A stretch of DNA of 63,980 bases, the filler included, from Thraustochytrium aureum (lineage: Eukaryota), in NCBI GenBank assembly GCA_012862495.1. It is 5 parts of 5 records of this genome, joined end to end, with 100 filler letters (N's around TTAATTAATTAA, not from the genome) between each part and the next. Parts side by side here need not be neighbours in the genome. Positions count along the whole stretch, not along the records: positions 1 to 24,684 come from BLSG01000072.1; 4 more parts are not named here. The stretch is one strand, 5' to 3'. The notes below the pieces were generated by a model. That model ran no database searches. It was not told the DNA's origin and worked only from the letters and a program-made list of their open reading frames with translations. Positions 1-11,300 of the stretch are shown piece by piece. How positions within the stretch are numbered: position 1 is the first letter of the stretch; every line of letters begins with the position of its first letter. A program made the position numbers and the translations under genes.

Positions 1-229
1 TCACTCTCAGAGGCGAGCCGTTCAACTTCGGGTACTGTTGGTGGAGGTAATGCGGACGGGCGCGGCCGAGACCTTCGCGGATGAGGCCTGGATGCGGCGG
101 GCTGTGCCCAGGTTGTCTCTGCAGCAGACTGATGGCGCGCGCAGTGTCACTGCACGTTGTTTCGCTTTCAAGACTTTTTCGACAATCGAGTGGAAGAGCT
201 ATCAAACCGGTGCCAAAGCGTCGCCTTAG
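1..229 (+). CDS. Possible 3' end of an upstream gene (hypothetical)
   Basis: Open frame from the window start (HSQRRAVQLRVLLVEVM...KASP*), convergent with CFDP1; no recognisable motif. Confidence 0.25.
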   Translation, partial: HSQRRAVQLRVLLVEVMRTGAAETFADEAWMRRAVPRLSLQQTDGARSVTARCFAFKTFSTIEWKSYQTGAKASP

Positions 230-327
230 CGACATGGCTTGCGCGGGCCTGAGACGCCGACGTCGCTGCGCCGAGTGGCGCCTTTGCTTATGCTTGGGGC
301 CGCGCGGCCTCTGGCCACGCCATGGCC

Positions 328-1671
328 TCACTTTTGACTTGCCTTGGCGGATGCCGCTGCAGCCATCGCCCGCGCGCGGTCCCGCTCGGCGCGCTCGACC
401 TCAAACGTGCGTTGGTCGACGCGTTGCAGGAACTGCTGCTTCTCGACGTACCCGTTTCGAGCGGCGTTCTCAAGCTGCTCGGCGATGCCCGTTTCCTCTT
501 TAAACTTGTCCCAGTCGTACGACGACTTTTCGACCGCGCTGATGGCCTTTTCGGGTTTTTCAGCTCCCCAACGATCTTGTCGAGCGTGCTCTGCTCCTGC
601 AGCTTTGCGGCGGCGGCCTGTGCCGCCTTTGCCTCTTCGGAAGACTTGTCCATCGTGCGCACCACGCTGATCGAGCGCCCCGCGAAGCGGACCTCCTCCG
701 TGACGGACATCTTCCCCGCCATTGCCAGCGCGGCCTTGGCGGCTTCGCTTGCGATCTTCCGGTCCGGCTCTGGAGCCTTCGCGGCGCTGTCTTCGCTCAG
801 GAGCCGGGCAATGGACTGGTCCAACTTGGCGCCCTTTGTTTTCTTGGACTTGCTCTTCTTCTTTGGCCGGTTCATCCGCGCCAGGATCGAGCCGATGCTG
901 CTGCACCCAGCAAGCTGCTCGTCGGACTTTGCGGCGCGGGGCGGCGCATTCTCCGGCTCCACCTCTTCAGCTTCTAGTCGTCCGCGCTTCCCCGTCGGNN
1001 NNNNNNNNNNNNNNNNNNNNNNNNNNNNNNNNNNNNNNNNNNNNNNNNNNNNNNNNNNNNNNNNNNNNNNNNNNNNNNNNNNNNNNNNNNNNNNNNNNNN
1101 NNNNNNNNNNNNNNNNNNNNNNNNNNNNNNNNNNNNNNNNNNNNNNNNNNNNNNNNNNNNNNNNNNNNNNNNNNNNNNNNNNNNNNNNNNNNNNNNNNNN
1201 NNNNNNNNNNNNNNNNNNNNNNNNNNNNNNNNNNNNNNNNNNNNNNNNNNNNNNNNNNNNNNNNNNNNNNNNNNNNNCGTCAGACAGAGGCGCGCTGCTC
1301 CTCAAGCGTCCAATTGCCACTTACCCTCGTTTCCCTATTGCGTCGGCGCCCTTCTTCTTGGAAGCCTTCTTCGCATCCTCGTCTTCGCCCCAGCATGCCA
1401 GCAACAGTCAGCCCGCGCCATTCCAGCACCAGAAACGCACGCACGCACGCAGCCAGGCCACGCAGCCAGGCCACGCCCGAAGGGCGCTTGGAACGAGCGG
1501 ACCGCCCCGGAGGCGAGTTCGCTCAACCTCGCTCCCTGCGCCAAGCAACTCACCCTGCAGCTCAAAGGAGGCGTCCTGGTCCTCGTCCTCCTCGTCGCCC
1601 GCGTCCGGCGCCGCCTGCAGCTCCTCCTTCGTCTTGGCTTCCGCCGCCAGCGAAGCCAGCCTTCGGCTCAT
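328..1671 (-). CDS. CFDP1: Craniofacial development protein 1 / Swc5 / BCNT family (SWR1 chromatin remodeller subunit); spliced, crosses a gap, one frameshift near 555
   Basis: C-terminal BCNT motif (AISAVEKSSYDWDKFKEETGIAEQLENAARNGYVEKQQFLQRVD) and EEVRFAG motif; acidic N-terminus from ATG 1671 (DEEDEDQDASFEL); splicing 1554 to 1382 keeps frame (ELQ-D-EDAKK). Confidence 0.88.
1383..1553 (-). other. Spliceosomal intron 1 of CFDP1 (171 nt); a second donor GTAAGT starts at 1324 and runs into the gap
   Basis: CAG-G|GTGAGT donor, CTGAC branch-like site near 1408, AAG acceptor; in-frame splice; contains (GCGT)n low complexity. Confidence 0.7.
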
Positions 1672-1986
1672 CCTCCTCGCTTCCTGCGCCGCTGATCTGC
1701 CCTGCCAGTGCTCCGTCCGCAAAATGCAACTTCTCTCTCGCAAAGAACATCGAGGAACCCAACGTGTTCCCTGCAAAGCACCGGTACTTCTTCTTGCTCC
1801 TTCTGTTCTCTGTGTTCTTTGTGTTCGCTGTGCTGGCGAACGTAGAGAACTCTTTCTGTTCGTCGAGTGAGTGCGCCATGTACTAGTTCTTTGATCGCCA
1901 GTCCGAACACCGCACGGCGACCTGTGCGGGGACGCGGGGGCGGCAGAGCACCAGCACGGCAGAGCGGGAAGCGCGAGGCAGCGCTC

Positions 1987-2014
<28 letters not shown>
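1987..2014. repeat. (TGCG)7 microsatellite in the divergent intergenic region
   Basis: Direct reading. Confidence 0.9.
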
Positions 2015-2017
<3 letters not shown>

Positions 2018-2385
2018 TTGCGGGCGTTCTTGAGTGAGTTCGTCGGCTGGGCGCGCCGTGAAGCCATCTGGCTGGGGCCCGGCACCAGGTGAAGCAACTG
2101 CTGCTTGAGGTTTTCAGGGACGCGCGGTTGCCAAGCGAGGCCGGGACGCCGGCGGCCCAGAGCCCGCCGCGCTTGGCACGGGCCGGTGGGGCGGCTGAAG
2201 GAAGCCGGGGGAGGCGGTCTCGAGTGGACGACGCCGAACAAAGGCTGCGGGCGAGCGCGTAGCGTGGCCGTGGACCGCACAGCTTTGGCTACAAGCCGGT
2301 CCAGCCGCGATCAAAAGCGCTTTTGAAGGCAGGCCCGGCCTGGCCCGGCCGCGCGCTTGGCCTCCTGGAGGTCTTGTGCGGTGAG

Positions 2386-5300
2386 ATGTCCGCCCCCACC
2401 GCGAGTCTCCGAAGCTCGGCGGTTTGGGTGGGCAGCGCCGCAGTCCTTGCCGCATGCATTGTCGGGGCCGCTCGACTCGCTTTGCACAAGTGGGGCGAGG
2501 GTGCGGACGGAAACAAGCAGCGTAACGAGTTTCTGCAGGCCGCTTGCGACGGCGATATTGACAAATTGGTGGCCTGCATCCGGCGCGGCCAGGACCTGAC
2601 ATGTGCTGACAAGAACGGCAGCAATGGGTTGATGCTCGCTGCCTGGGCTGGTCGCCGGGAGGCGGTCCTCATCTTGCTTCACAGTGGCGCAGATGTGCAC
2701 GCAGTGTCAGACCATGGCTGGACCGCGCTCACGTATGCTGCGCGTGCTGGCGAGGCTGCAACCGTCGAAGCCTTGCTAGAATGGGGGGCNCAAGTGAACG
2801 TGGTGGAAAACACTACAGGAGCGACACCACTGATGTTTGCAGCCTTCGTGGGCTCCCTCGAGTGCGTAGAATTGCTGTTGGACTATGGTGCCGACCCGCT
2901 GATTCGCACGCGCCAAGGCGCCCTCGCGTTCGCCTTCGCAGAGGAGAATGGGCACGAAGGAATCGCCGGCATGTTGCGCCATCGCGCCGCTGACGCGCAA
3001 GCCGAGTCGCAGGCGATGAAAGAACAAAAGGAGGCGCTTGCGGCGCGGCAAAAGGCAAAGCAGGCCATCGAGCTACGACGCAAGCAGGAGCAGGCCTACT
3101 CGCAGAGAATCGAGGAGCAGCGCCGCCGCGCCGCTGAGGAGCGCGCCGCGTACCTGTCCTCGTTCGCTGGCCAGCTAGAGATGCTCACGGTTGGCTGCTA
3201 TGTGCCGCTGGACCGCGCCACGGTCCGCGAGATCGTGCGCGTCCTCATGGAGAATCGGTGGGAGCCTTCAATGCGGACACGCCACAAGCGCCAACGAGCC
3301 GACAGCGCCGCCGCACTCTCCAACCGGTTCGAGACATTGCACCGGGACTTGCTCCAGCGCCGCGCCCTCAACGCGCTCTCCCGCCCGATGCTCAAGGACA
3401 TCCAAGACGACGGAAGCGACTCGGGCGAGGAAGATTCGGAAGACTCATCCTCGTCGGACGGCGCCTCCTCGCTCGACGAGCCGGAGGAGATTGGCTATGC
3501 CTCGAGGAGGCCGCTTTCGCCGCCAACCATGGACGAGGCTAGTGTGGGCGCGGAGCGCTCTCCGTCTGCAGGGAGCGATGACAGGATGTTCGGCTTGCGG
3601 GAAGCCTCCGCGTCGCCCCTGCCTGCTGCCCCGAACTCGGCCCACCTCGTGCGCAAGCCGGAGAGCGTCGCCAGCGCAGACACACAGTCGTCTGGGGCTG
3701 AGGTCACGCGAGCCCCGCCGCTGCGCCTCGTCGCGCTCCTGGCGCTCGTCCAGCGTGCGCTTGACGCCACGGCGCTGGTCGGCGGTGGCCCCTCCCGCGG
3801 AACTGCCCGGACGTCAACAGCTCGAGAGTCGCACGCTTGCCGCAGCCGCAAACGCCGTCACGTTTNNNNNNNNNNNNNNNNNNNNNNNNNNNNNNNNNNN
3901 NNNNNNNNNNNNNNNNNNNNNNNNNNNNNNNNNNNNNNNNNNNNNNNNNNNNNNNNNNNNNNNNNNNNNNNNNNNNNNNNNNNNNNNNNNNNNNNNNNNN
4001 NNNNNNNNNNNNNNNNNNNNNNNNNNNNNNNNNNNNNNNNNNNNNNNNNNNNNNNNNNNNNNNNNNNNNNNNNNNNNNNNNNNNNNNNNNNNNNNNNNNN
4101 NNNNNNNNNNNNNNNNNNNNNNNNNNNNNNNNNNNNNNNNNNNNNNNNNNNNNNNNNNNNNNNNNNNNNNNNNNNNNNNNNNNNNNNNNNNNNNNNNNNN
4201 NNNNNNNNNNNNNNNNNNNNNNNNNNNNNNNNNNNNNNNNNNNNNNNNNNNNNNNNNNNNNNNNNNNNNNNNNNNNNNNNNNNNNNNNNNNNNNNNNNNN
4301 NNNNNNNNNNNNNNNNNNNNNNNNNNNNNNNNNNNNNNNNNNNNNNNNNNNNNNNNNAGCCGCCTCTCCAGGCGCGCTGGCGGCCAAAGTGCTTGTCCAG
4401 CACTTGCGCGTGCTTGCCAGGTCAACGCATGCCCAAAAGCACTTTCTCGCACAGCTGTGGAAGCGCACCCGAAACAGGACGAAGGCCGCCTTGCGGCGCT
4501 ACGCCGCTGAGGCGCTCGTGGCAGAGCGGGCGATTTCTTACCTCGTATGTGCGGCAACAGATAGCCCACGCCCGTCAGGCGACGTTCCGTCCAGCAAGCG
4601 ACGGCTCGCTCGCGTCCTCGGAATCGCAAGCCTCGTCGATGCCGGCAGCGCCGCCAAGCGGGCTGGGCGGCGGCCCGCAAGCACCGAGTTTGGGTCAGTT
4701 CCCAGCACGCCCAGAGTCTCGCGCAACCTCTCTGCAATGCCTGGCTTCGCGCGCACGGTTTCGTACGCAGACGAATCCCTCGACGGTGGAGTTTCAAGCT
4801 TCTCCGGCTCGCTGCGCCGCCCGCGTTTCTCGAGCGTCTCGCGCCGCGACTCGATCCAAAACCGTGTCCGCGTCCGCTCCGTCCTTGGCGAGGGCACGAC
4901 GGGGCGAGCGAGCGGAGGCGTGATGCAGAAACGCTCTCAAGCGCCCCTCTCAATCCAAAGGTCGGCGCGCTCCTTCCTCCACGTCGGCACTCGAGCGACC
5001 GCGGGGGAGAAAGGCTTTGAGGGGGCGCCCGGCAGCAACGGCGCGGTCCCGGCCCCGGTGCTGCTCGGGAACGGAGACGGCGGGACCTCGATTTCACCAA
5101 CGCGCAGCCGCGGCCCTCACGAAGGCGAGACCTCGACACCAAGAGAGCGGCGCCCAATCCTGCTCGACGAAGTAGAAGCCGTGGTCTGCGCTGATAACTC
5201 CTCGCTGCTGCGTGGAAAGATTCCAACAAAGGTGCTCGAGTGGGTGCAAGATCCGCGCCCGGTGGTCACAATGCAGAGTGCCATCGCGGCCTCCCTCGCC

Positions 5301-8300
5301 TCAAACTCTGCTTTGCACGGCGCCTCGCAGGAGACGGCGTCGACTGCTTCCTCCGATGCGGCCCCGCCGTTGCTCCCGGAAGACGAACGTATCGCAACCC
5401 TCGTCCCGAGCGAGCTCTCGCTCTTTGCAGCCCCGTCAACCCCGCAAAACGTGGAAGACGATATCGACCTCCTCGACGTGCTCTTGCGCGCCGTCGTGGA
5501 ATCGGACGACGTGCCCAGCGCGGTCGTCATGCGGTGCGTCCAGGACGACCTCATTTCGCGCCTCTTGGTCATCTTCCAATGGCAAGGGCGAGGCGCCTCG
5601 AATCCTGCAAGTGGGTTACTCATCCGGCAAGGCAGCAGCGGGTCAAGCGCAGAAGGCGGGTCCGGGCCGCGGCGCGGCGGGGCGGGGACCAAGTCGCACG
5701 AACAAAAGGTTGAGGGCGCTCTTTTGGCCCACTGCAAAGCCCTTTTCTCGGCCGCAATCGAGCGCCCGTACCGCGCTTCGGAGCACCGTTTCAAGTTTTC
5801 CAAAAAGCGCTTGCAGAATGACCCGAGCGCGCACCGCCGCCTGGTCGAGGATATCGCGTGCGAGCTCATGGAGCGCCTCAATCTTCTCGTCGACTGGAGC
5901 AACGGGGCCGACGTTCTAGCACCCCTCTTGCTGGAAATGATCCAGAGCACCAAGCCCCCCCTATACATGAAGAACTGCGCCGCGCGGCTGATCTGCGCTT
6001 TCGCAAAGGGCAAAGTGCGCGCCGCTGACGCTCTGGGACAACCTACAGGCTCTGGCGGCGTCAGCGAGCCTATCGAAGCGCTGCTATTTGGGCCGCTGTT
6101 CGCCCAGCCTGCGCCGTCGCAGCCCGCCGAGGACGAGGCCGTTGAGGTTTTTCTGCAAGACCTCGCTCGCTCCCCAGCCCAGCCCGTGCACCAGTCCTTG
6201 GCACAAGCACTGCACGTCTTCATCAGCGCGNNNNNNNNNNNNNNNNNNNNNNNNNNNNNNNNNNNNNNNNNNNNNNNNNNNNNNNNNNNNNNNNNNNNNN
6301 NNNNNNNNNNNNNNNNNNNNNNNNNNNNNNNNNNNNNNNNNNNNNNNNNNNNNNNNNNNNNNNNNNNNNNNNNNNNNNNNNNNNNNNNNNNNNNNNNNNN
6401 NNNNNNNNNNNNNNNNNNNNNNNNNNNNNNNNNNNNNNNNNNNNNNNNNNNNNNNNNNNNNNNNNNNNNNNNNNNNNNNNNNNNNNNNNNNNNNNNNNNN
6501 NNNNNNNNNNGTGCAGGACCTGCGCTTGCTCGTCAGCGTATGGAAGGAGGCGTGGGACGTCGGCCGCACCGTGATCACGGCCTACCGCAACAGCGAGCGC
6601 AAGGTATGCGCGACGCCTGGCTGCTCGCACGACGTCGTCGAGGACAACGGCGCATGGCGGTGCGAGGTCGGCCACGTCGCAGATATTCACGAGGTGGAGG
6701 AGGTCCACAGCTACCAGGAAATCTGCTCCCAGGTGGCCGCGCGCGCACGCGCCTTGCTGAACCTGGGCGCGGCGGAGTGCATCGTTGCCTCGAGCCAGCG
6801 CGGAGATCGCGTCGACTTGGCGAGGCCTCTGCTCGCCCACGCGAGGCGATTCGTGGGCTCGTCGGCCACAGACAACATCAAAGCCGACAGCCTAGAACTT
6901 TACCTCAAGGCCAAGTCGCGCCTTGCATCGATGCGCGAGCAGGGCCTACGGCTATTGCGCGACACCCTGCGAGCGATGAGCCGGTTGCGTTCGGCCCAGG
7001 ACGTCGACGATGCCACGGCGGGGACTGCGATGAGGAGCGCAGCCTTTCGCGCAGCAGCGACTCGCGGAGCCAACTTTGCAAAGCAGGGAACACTGCGTTC
7101 GCGCGGATCGTTCGAGCGGGTAGAGCGCGTCCCGACCGTCTCCGACGCAAAGCTCGGGCCTGTCTTAGAGGCAATTCGCGACGCGTACACGAGCATGCGG
7201 CGCCGCAAGGGACAGCCTGGATTTCACCCTCTCGACTTCCAGGTCCCCAGCAGCTCGGCGAAGGCGATCCAAACGCTGTCTCACGAGCTGCTTGACCTGC
7301 TCCTCCGCGTCGCCGAGGACGCCGGCTTTGTCTCGGAGGACTACTTTGTCGTCCTCCATGTTTTGCAGATCGTCTCCGTCAAGGCTTCAGACCACGCACA
7401 AGTCGTCTCGCTCCGGCTCTTGCCGCGGCTTGCTCAGCTGGCCGCTCGTGCGGTCGAGTGCGGTGACGACTTTGTGGACTGGGCCACGTGGTCCGTGTTC
7501 GCTCGCGCGTGCGTGCAGATTATGGCGTGCGACTGGCTTGAGGCCAGGGAAAGTCTCGGCGGCGGCGGCGGGGCTGCGGCTGCGCAGCAACGCCTGGAAG
7601 AGGACGCATCTGACGACGAAGACGCCGGGTGGGCAGACGAGGCGCGATTTCAGGTCGGATTCGACGAATTGCAGCGCTCCGTTGCCTCGATTCTCTACGG
7701 CCACTTGTGCCGCTTCGTGCTCGAACTCCGGGACCCGGAAGACCCCAGCTACGAGCTAGCCGAGCGCCAGTGCCATCGTTTCCTAGCGCTTCTTGGGGCC
7801 TTGTGCACGAAGCGGCGCATCGCGCACAACTTTGCGACTCTGTTTGCACAAGGCGTCGGGCCAGGCCTCGTTCAGGTCGGCTACGCTCAGGGGCAGCAGC
7901 CACGCGCCCCGGGCTCAGAGGACTCGCTCGCAAGTCGCGCGGTCGAGGACGGCGCTGCAGACGCAACCGCACCTCCGCATGGCCGCTCAAAGCACCTCTT
8001 GCTCGAGCTAATCACCTGCCCGTCCCCGCGCGTACAGCAGCTCGCGGTGCGGCTGGGCCGCCGCCTCTTGTCACGCAGCAACGCAGACGAGCTAGCGCCG
8101 CTCCTGTTTCGCGTCGCTGGGGAGTGGTCGCTATCAATCAAAGGGTTTCGCTCGGCCGGCCGCGCGGCCGACCTTGCCGTCGAGTGTGCCGGCATGCTCC
8201 GGTACCTGGCTGGGCGCCATCCGGAGTATTGGCGAGAGGCGGTCATGCGCGAGTCATCCTCTGCGGCCACCGAGTTCCTGCGGTCGTCCGCGAACGCGTC

Positions 8301-11300
8301 GCCAGACGTGCTGTGCCGCTTTTGGACGGCTCTCGCGATACTCAACATGAGCGCGCCATCAACGCTTCGCGCTGGGTGCAGAGTAAAAGTTGTTCCAGGG
8401 AGCGGCTTCTCCGGCTGGAACGAGGCAAAGGTGACGCAAGAGTACGGCATTGTGATTCGAATGGCCAGGCGCACCGTGCTCCCTCGCGGCCAGTCCGCGT
8501 TGGGCGCCGGGCTCGGTGAGGGCGGCGGCCAGCTCAGCAGCGGCCTCGGGGGCTTCGATGGCGGAAGCTCCTCGGCGCTAATGGTCATCCTCGACTCGGA
8601 GCCGACCAAGCTCCCGACGAAGTGCGACGCCGAGAAAGTTCTGCCTGTGACAATCATGCTCGAGGCATACCACGAGTTTTTCCACACGCTGCGCAACTCG
8701 GACTGGCTCCTGGGGGTGTTTGATTTGTTCACCACCCATTTTTGGAGCGCCGGGCTGCAGCGCGACGTGGTGTGGTGCGAGTTCAAGACCATGGCGATGA
8801 GTGTTCTGCACGCCTGGCTCTCTGCCGACCCAGCACATGCAATCCGCCAAATCGCCACAGTTCGACCCAAGGTGTGGAGAAATATTGTCGCCATTTGTGC
8901 CTGCCCAGCCCCGGCCTCGTCGCTCGAGAATGTGGACGACTTGGCCACTACGACACAGGCTTTCGCGGACATCAAGCTGGTGCTCTGCGAGCTCGGCACA
9001 TCGCCCTTGGACTCGGTGGCGCAGCGCCTCAAGCACTCGGGTCGCCGAAACCGGTCCAAGACGCTCTCATCGCGACCTGGTAGCCACAGAGAGCTTGATA
9101 GCGCCGCGACTCTGTCTTCGTCCTCGCGAGGAACAGACTCGCTCCCTGCCGAACAGGCGGCCGACGGCGAATTGGACCCCGCGGCAGGTCGCGGTGGCCG
9201 TCATGCAGGCCCGTGCAACGGCGCCGCTAAGGAGAGAAGCCAAACCGCGGAGTCGAGCTCCAAGGCAGGGCGCATGAAGCGCGCAAGCCCGACCGCACTG
9301 AATCTCAGCGAGGAGGCTTGCGAAAAGGAGGACTCGTGCCCGGATAGCAGCGCGAGCGACGGCGGCGACGAGGACGCGGAGGAAGAGCGTCGAGTTGCCG
9401 AGCAGCGCTCGCTGCTTTCTGCGCCGCTCTTGCAACCCGGGCGACGAGCCGCCCTTGCAAGGCAGGCGAGCCACCAAATGTTTCCACAAAGATCGGCCGA
9501 CGCGTTGGATCGGCTTGGGTCAGAGCTGGGATCATCTTCAAGCCTCGCAGAAATCTTCACCGAGCCGCAGCCGGCTCTGCGACGAACCAGCGATGCTGGC
9601 GGCTCGCCCCGCACTTCAGCCACGCAAGACTTGGAGGCCTACCCCAGGCAAAGCGAGCTCGACGAGAGGCACGAGTCAGAACCGCCGGCGGCGCGCCCGA
9701 CTGAGGCCGAGGAGTCCGTCAACGAGAGAGGATCCGACGCGCTGCATGCCCTTGGTCATATCAGCCAGGTCCAGTCACAGAGCTTGCGAAGGAACAGCGC
9801 AAGCAGCGCGACGCGGCTCGAGCGACGCACGTACTCTGGAAGCATTGGCAACGTGCCGATCGGGAGCCGGCCTAGCAGCGACAGGCGTCGCGTCAAGTTT
9901 GAGGCGACGCAGCAGCCAGAAACGGCGCTGCAGAGTCCGTTTCGGGAAATGGACCGCTCGGACCAGTCGAGCTTTGCTTTCGAGCTGCAGGTCGAGCGCA
10001 ACAGGCGGCGGGCGCGGATGGAGCGCAAGCGCCGCGCCGCCCGACGTCTGCGGACGCTTTCGTCCTCGTCGGCAGCGGGCCAGCCACCCGCAGAAGGAAG
10101 CTCCGGTCGCCACCTGAACGGCCGACCCGGCTTGCGGCTGCAGGACAACGGCGCGCCACTTCCTTCGCTCTGCCAGCCAGACACGCCGAGGGGCCGCGAT
10201 GCCGCTGCTCTGACGCTTCCGGTGGAGCTCCCAACAGTGGACACGATGCTCTCAGTGCCAATGTCGAATTCAGGGAACGGGCCCGCGACCCCGGTCGGTG
10301 CAAGTCTTCCCACCGGGATGCGAAATGGGCAGCTGCCCGTTGCAGGCGGTGCCAACGACGCTGCGACCAAGCGGAGAGGCGTCCGGCGCGCTGTGGTCCA
10401 GGCTGGCACTCTCCTGCGGATATCTCCGGAGGAGACGGGCGTCGTGAAGCAGGTGCTCGGCGCGCTCAATGGGAACGAGGTTGCTCTGATTCGCGTGTTC
10501 AACTCGACGACCGGGATGCAGTCTGTGAGCTGGCGCGACATCGCGGACCTCGAACTGAGCGAAGACGTCATTGCTGACCGGTATAGGCTTTTCGCGGGCG
10601 ATTCGCACCGCGCAGGCGCCGCGTTCCCTCAAGCAAACTCGCATCAAGAGGGCGACCAAACAGACGCAGAGAGCTCGAGCCTCGATGCGCAAACCAAGGA
10701 CCGCCTGGCCTTGGAGTTGAGGCACTTGTGCTCTCGTGGGGCGATTCTGCACGCACGAAGGGCAGCAGTGGCCGCGATTTCAGGTTCCGTCGGCGCAGGA
10801 GACGACACGTCACAGATGCAACCTCTCGTCGGCGAAGCTGGCGGGGCGTCGCAGATTCTGGGAATGCTCAAACTGTGCGAGAGCTCCACCTCGAGCGAGT
10901 TCCCGCAAGAGTCCACCGTGCCGGCGGGAGATTTGGTGCGGCCGTCTTCCTCCTCCTCGTCGCGCGGGTCTGGCGCCGCGTCGTCTCGAGGGCTTTGGCG
11001 AGCAGTGGCGCTTCTGTTCCAGCGCAACGACGAGTTTGCAGACATGCTGCTGGACGAGGCCATCATCTATCTTTCCATGACTGCCAAGGACACGCTCCTC
11101 TTTGAGACCCCGCACCCGCTGTGCCCAGTTGAGGAGCTCGACGGAGACATGGTCGAAGAGAGCGACGAAGAAGAGGATGAAACCGCGGCGCACTTTAGCG
11201 AGAGCGAGCTGGGTGCGTCCGCGGGGGCGCATCGGTCTGGCGGTTCTGCAAGTCCTGACTTGAGCTCTGCGAACGGAATTAGCGGCGCATCCCATGGGAG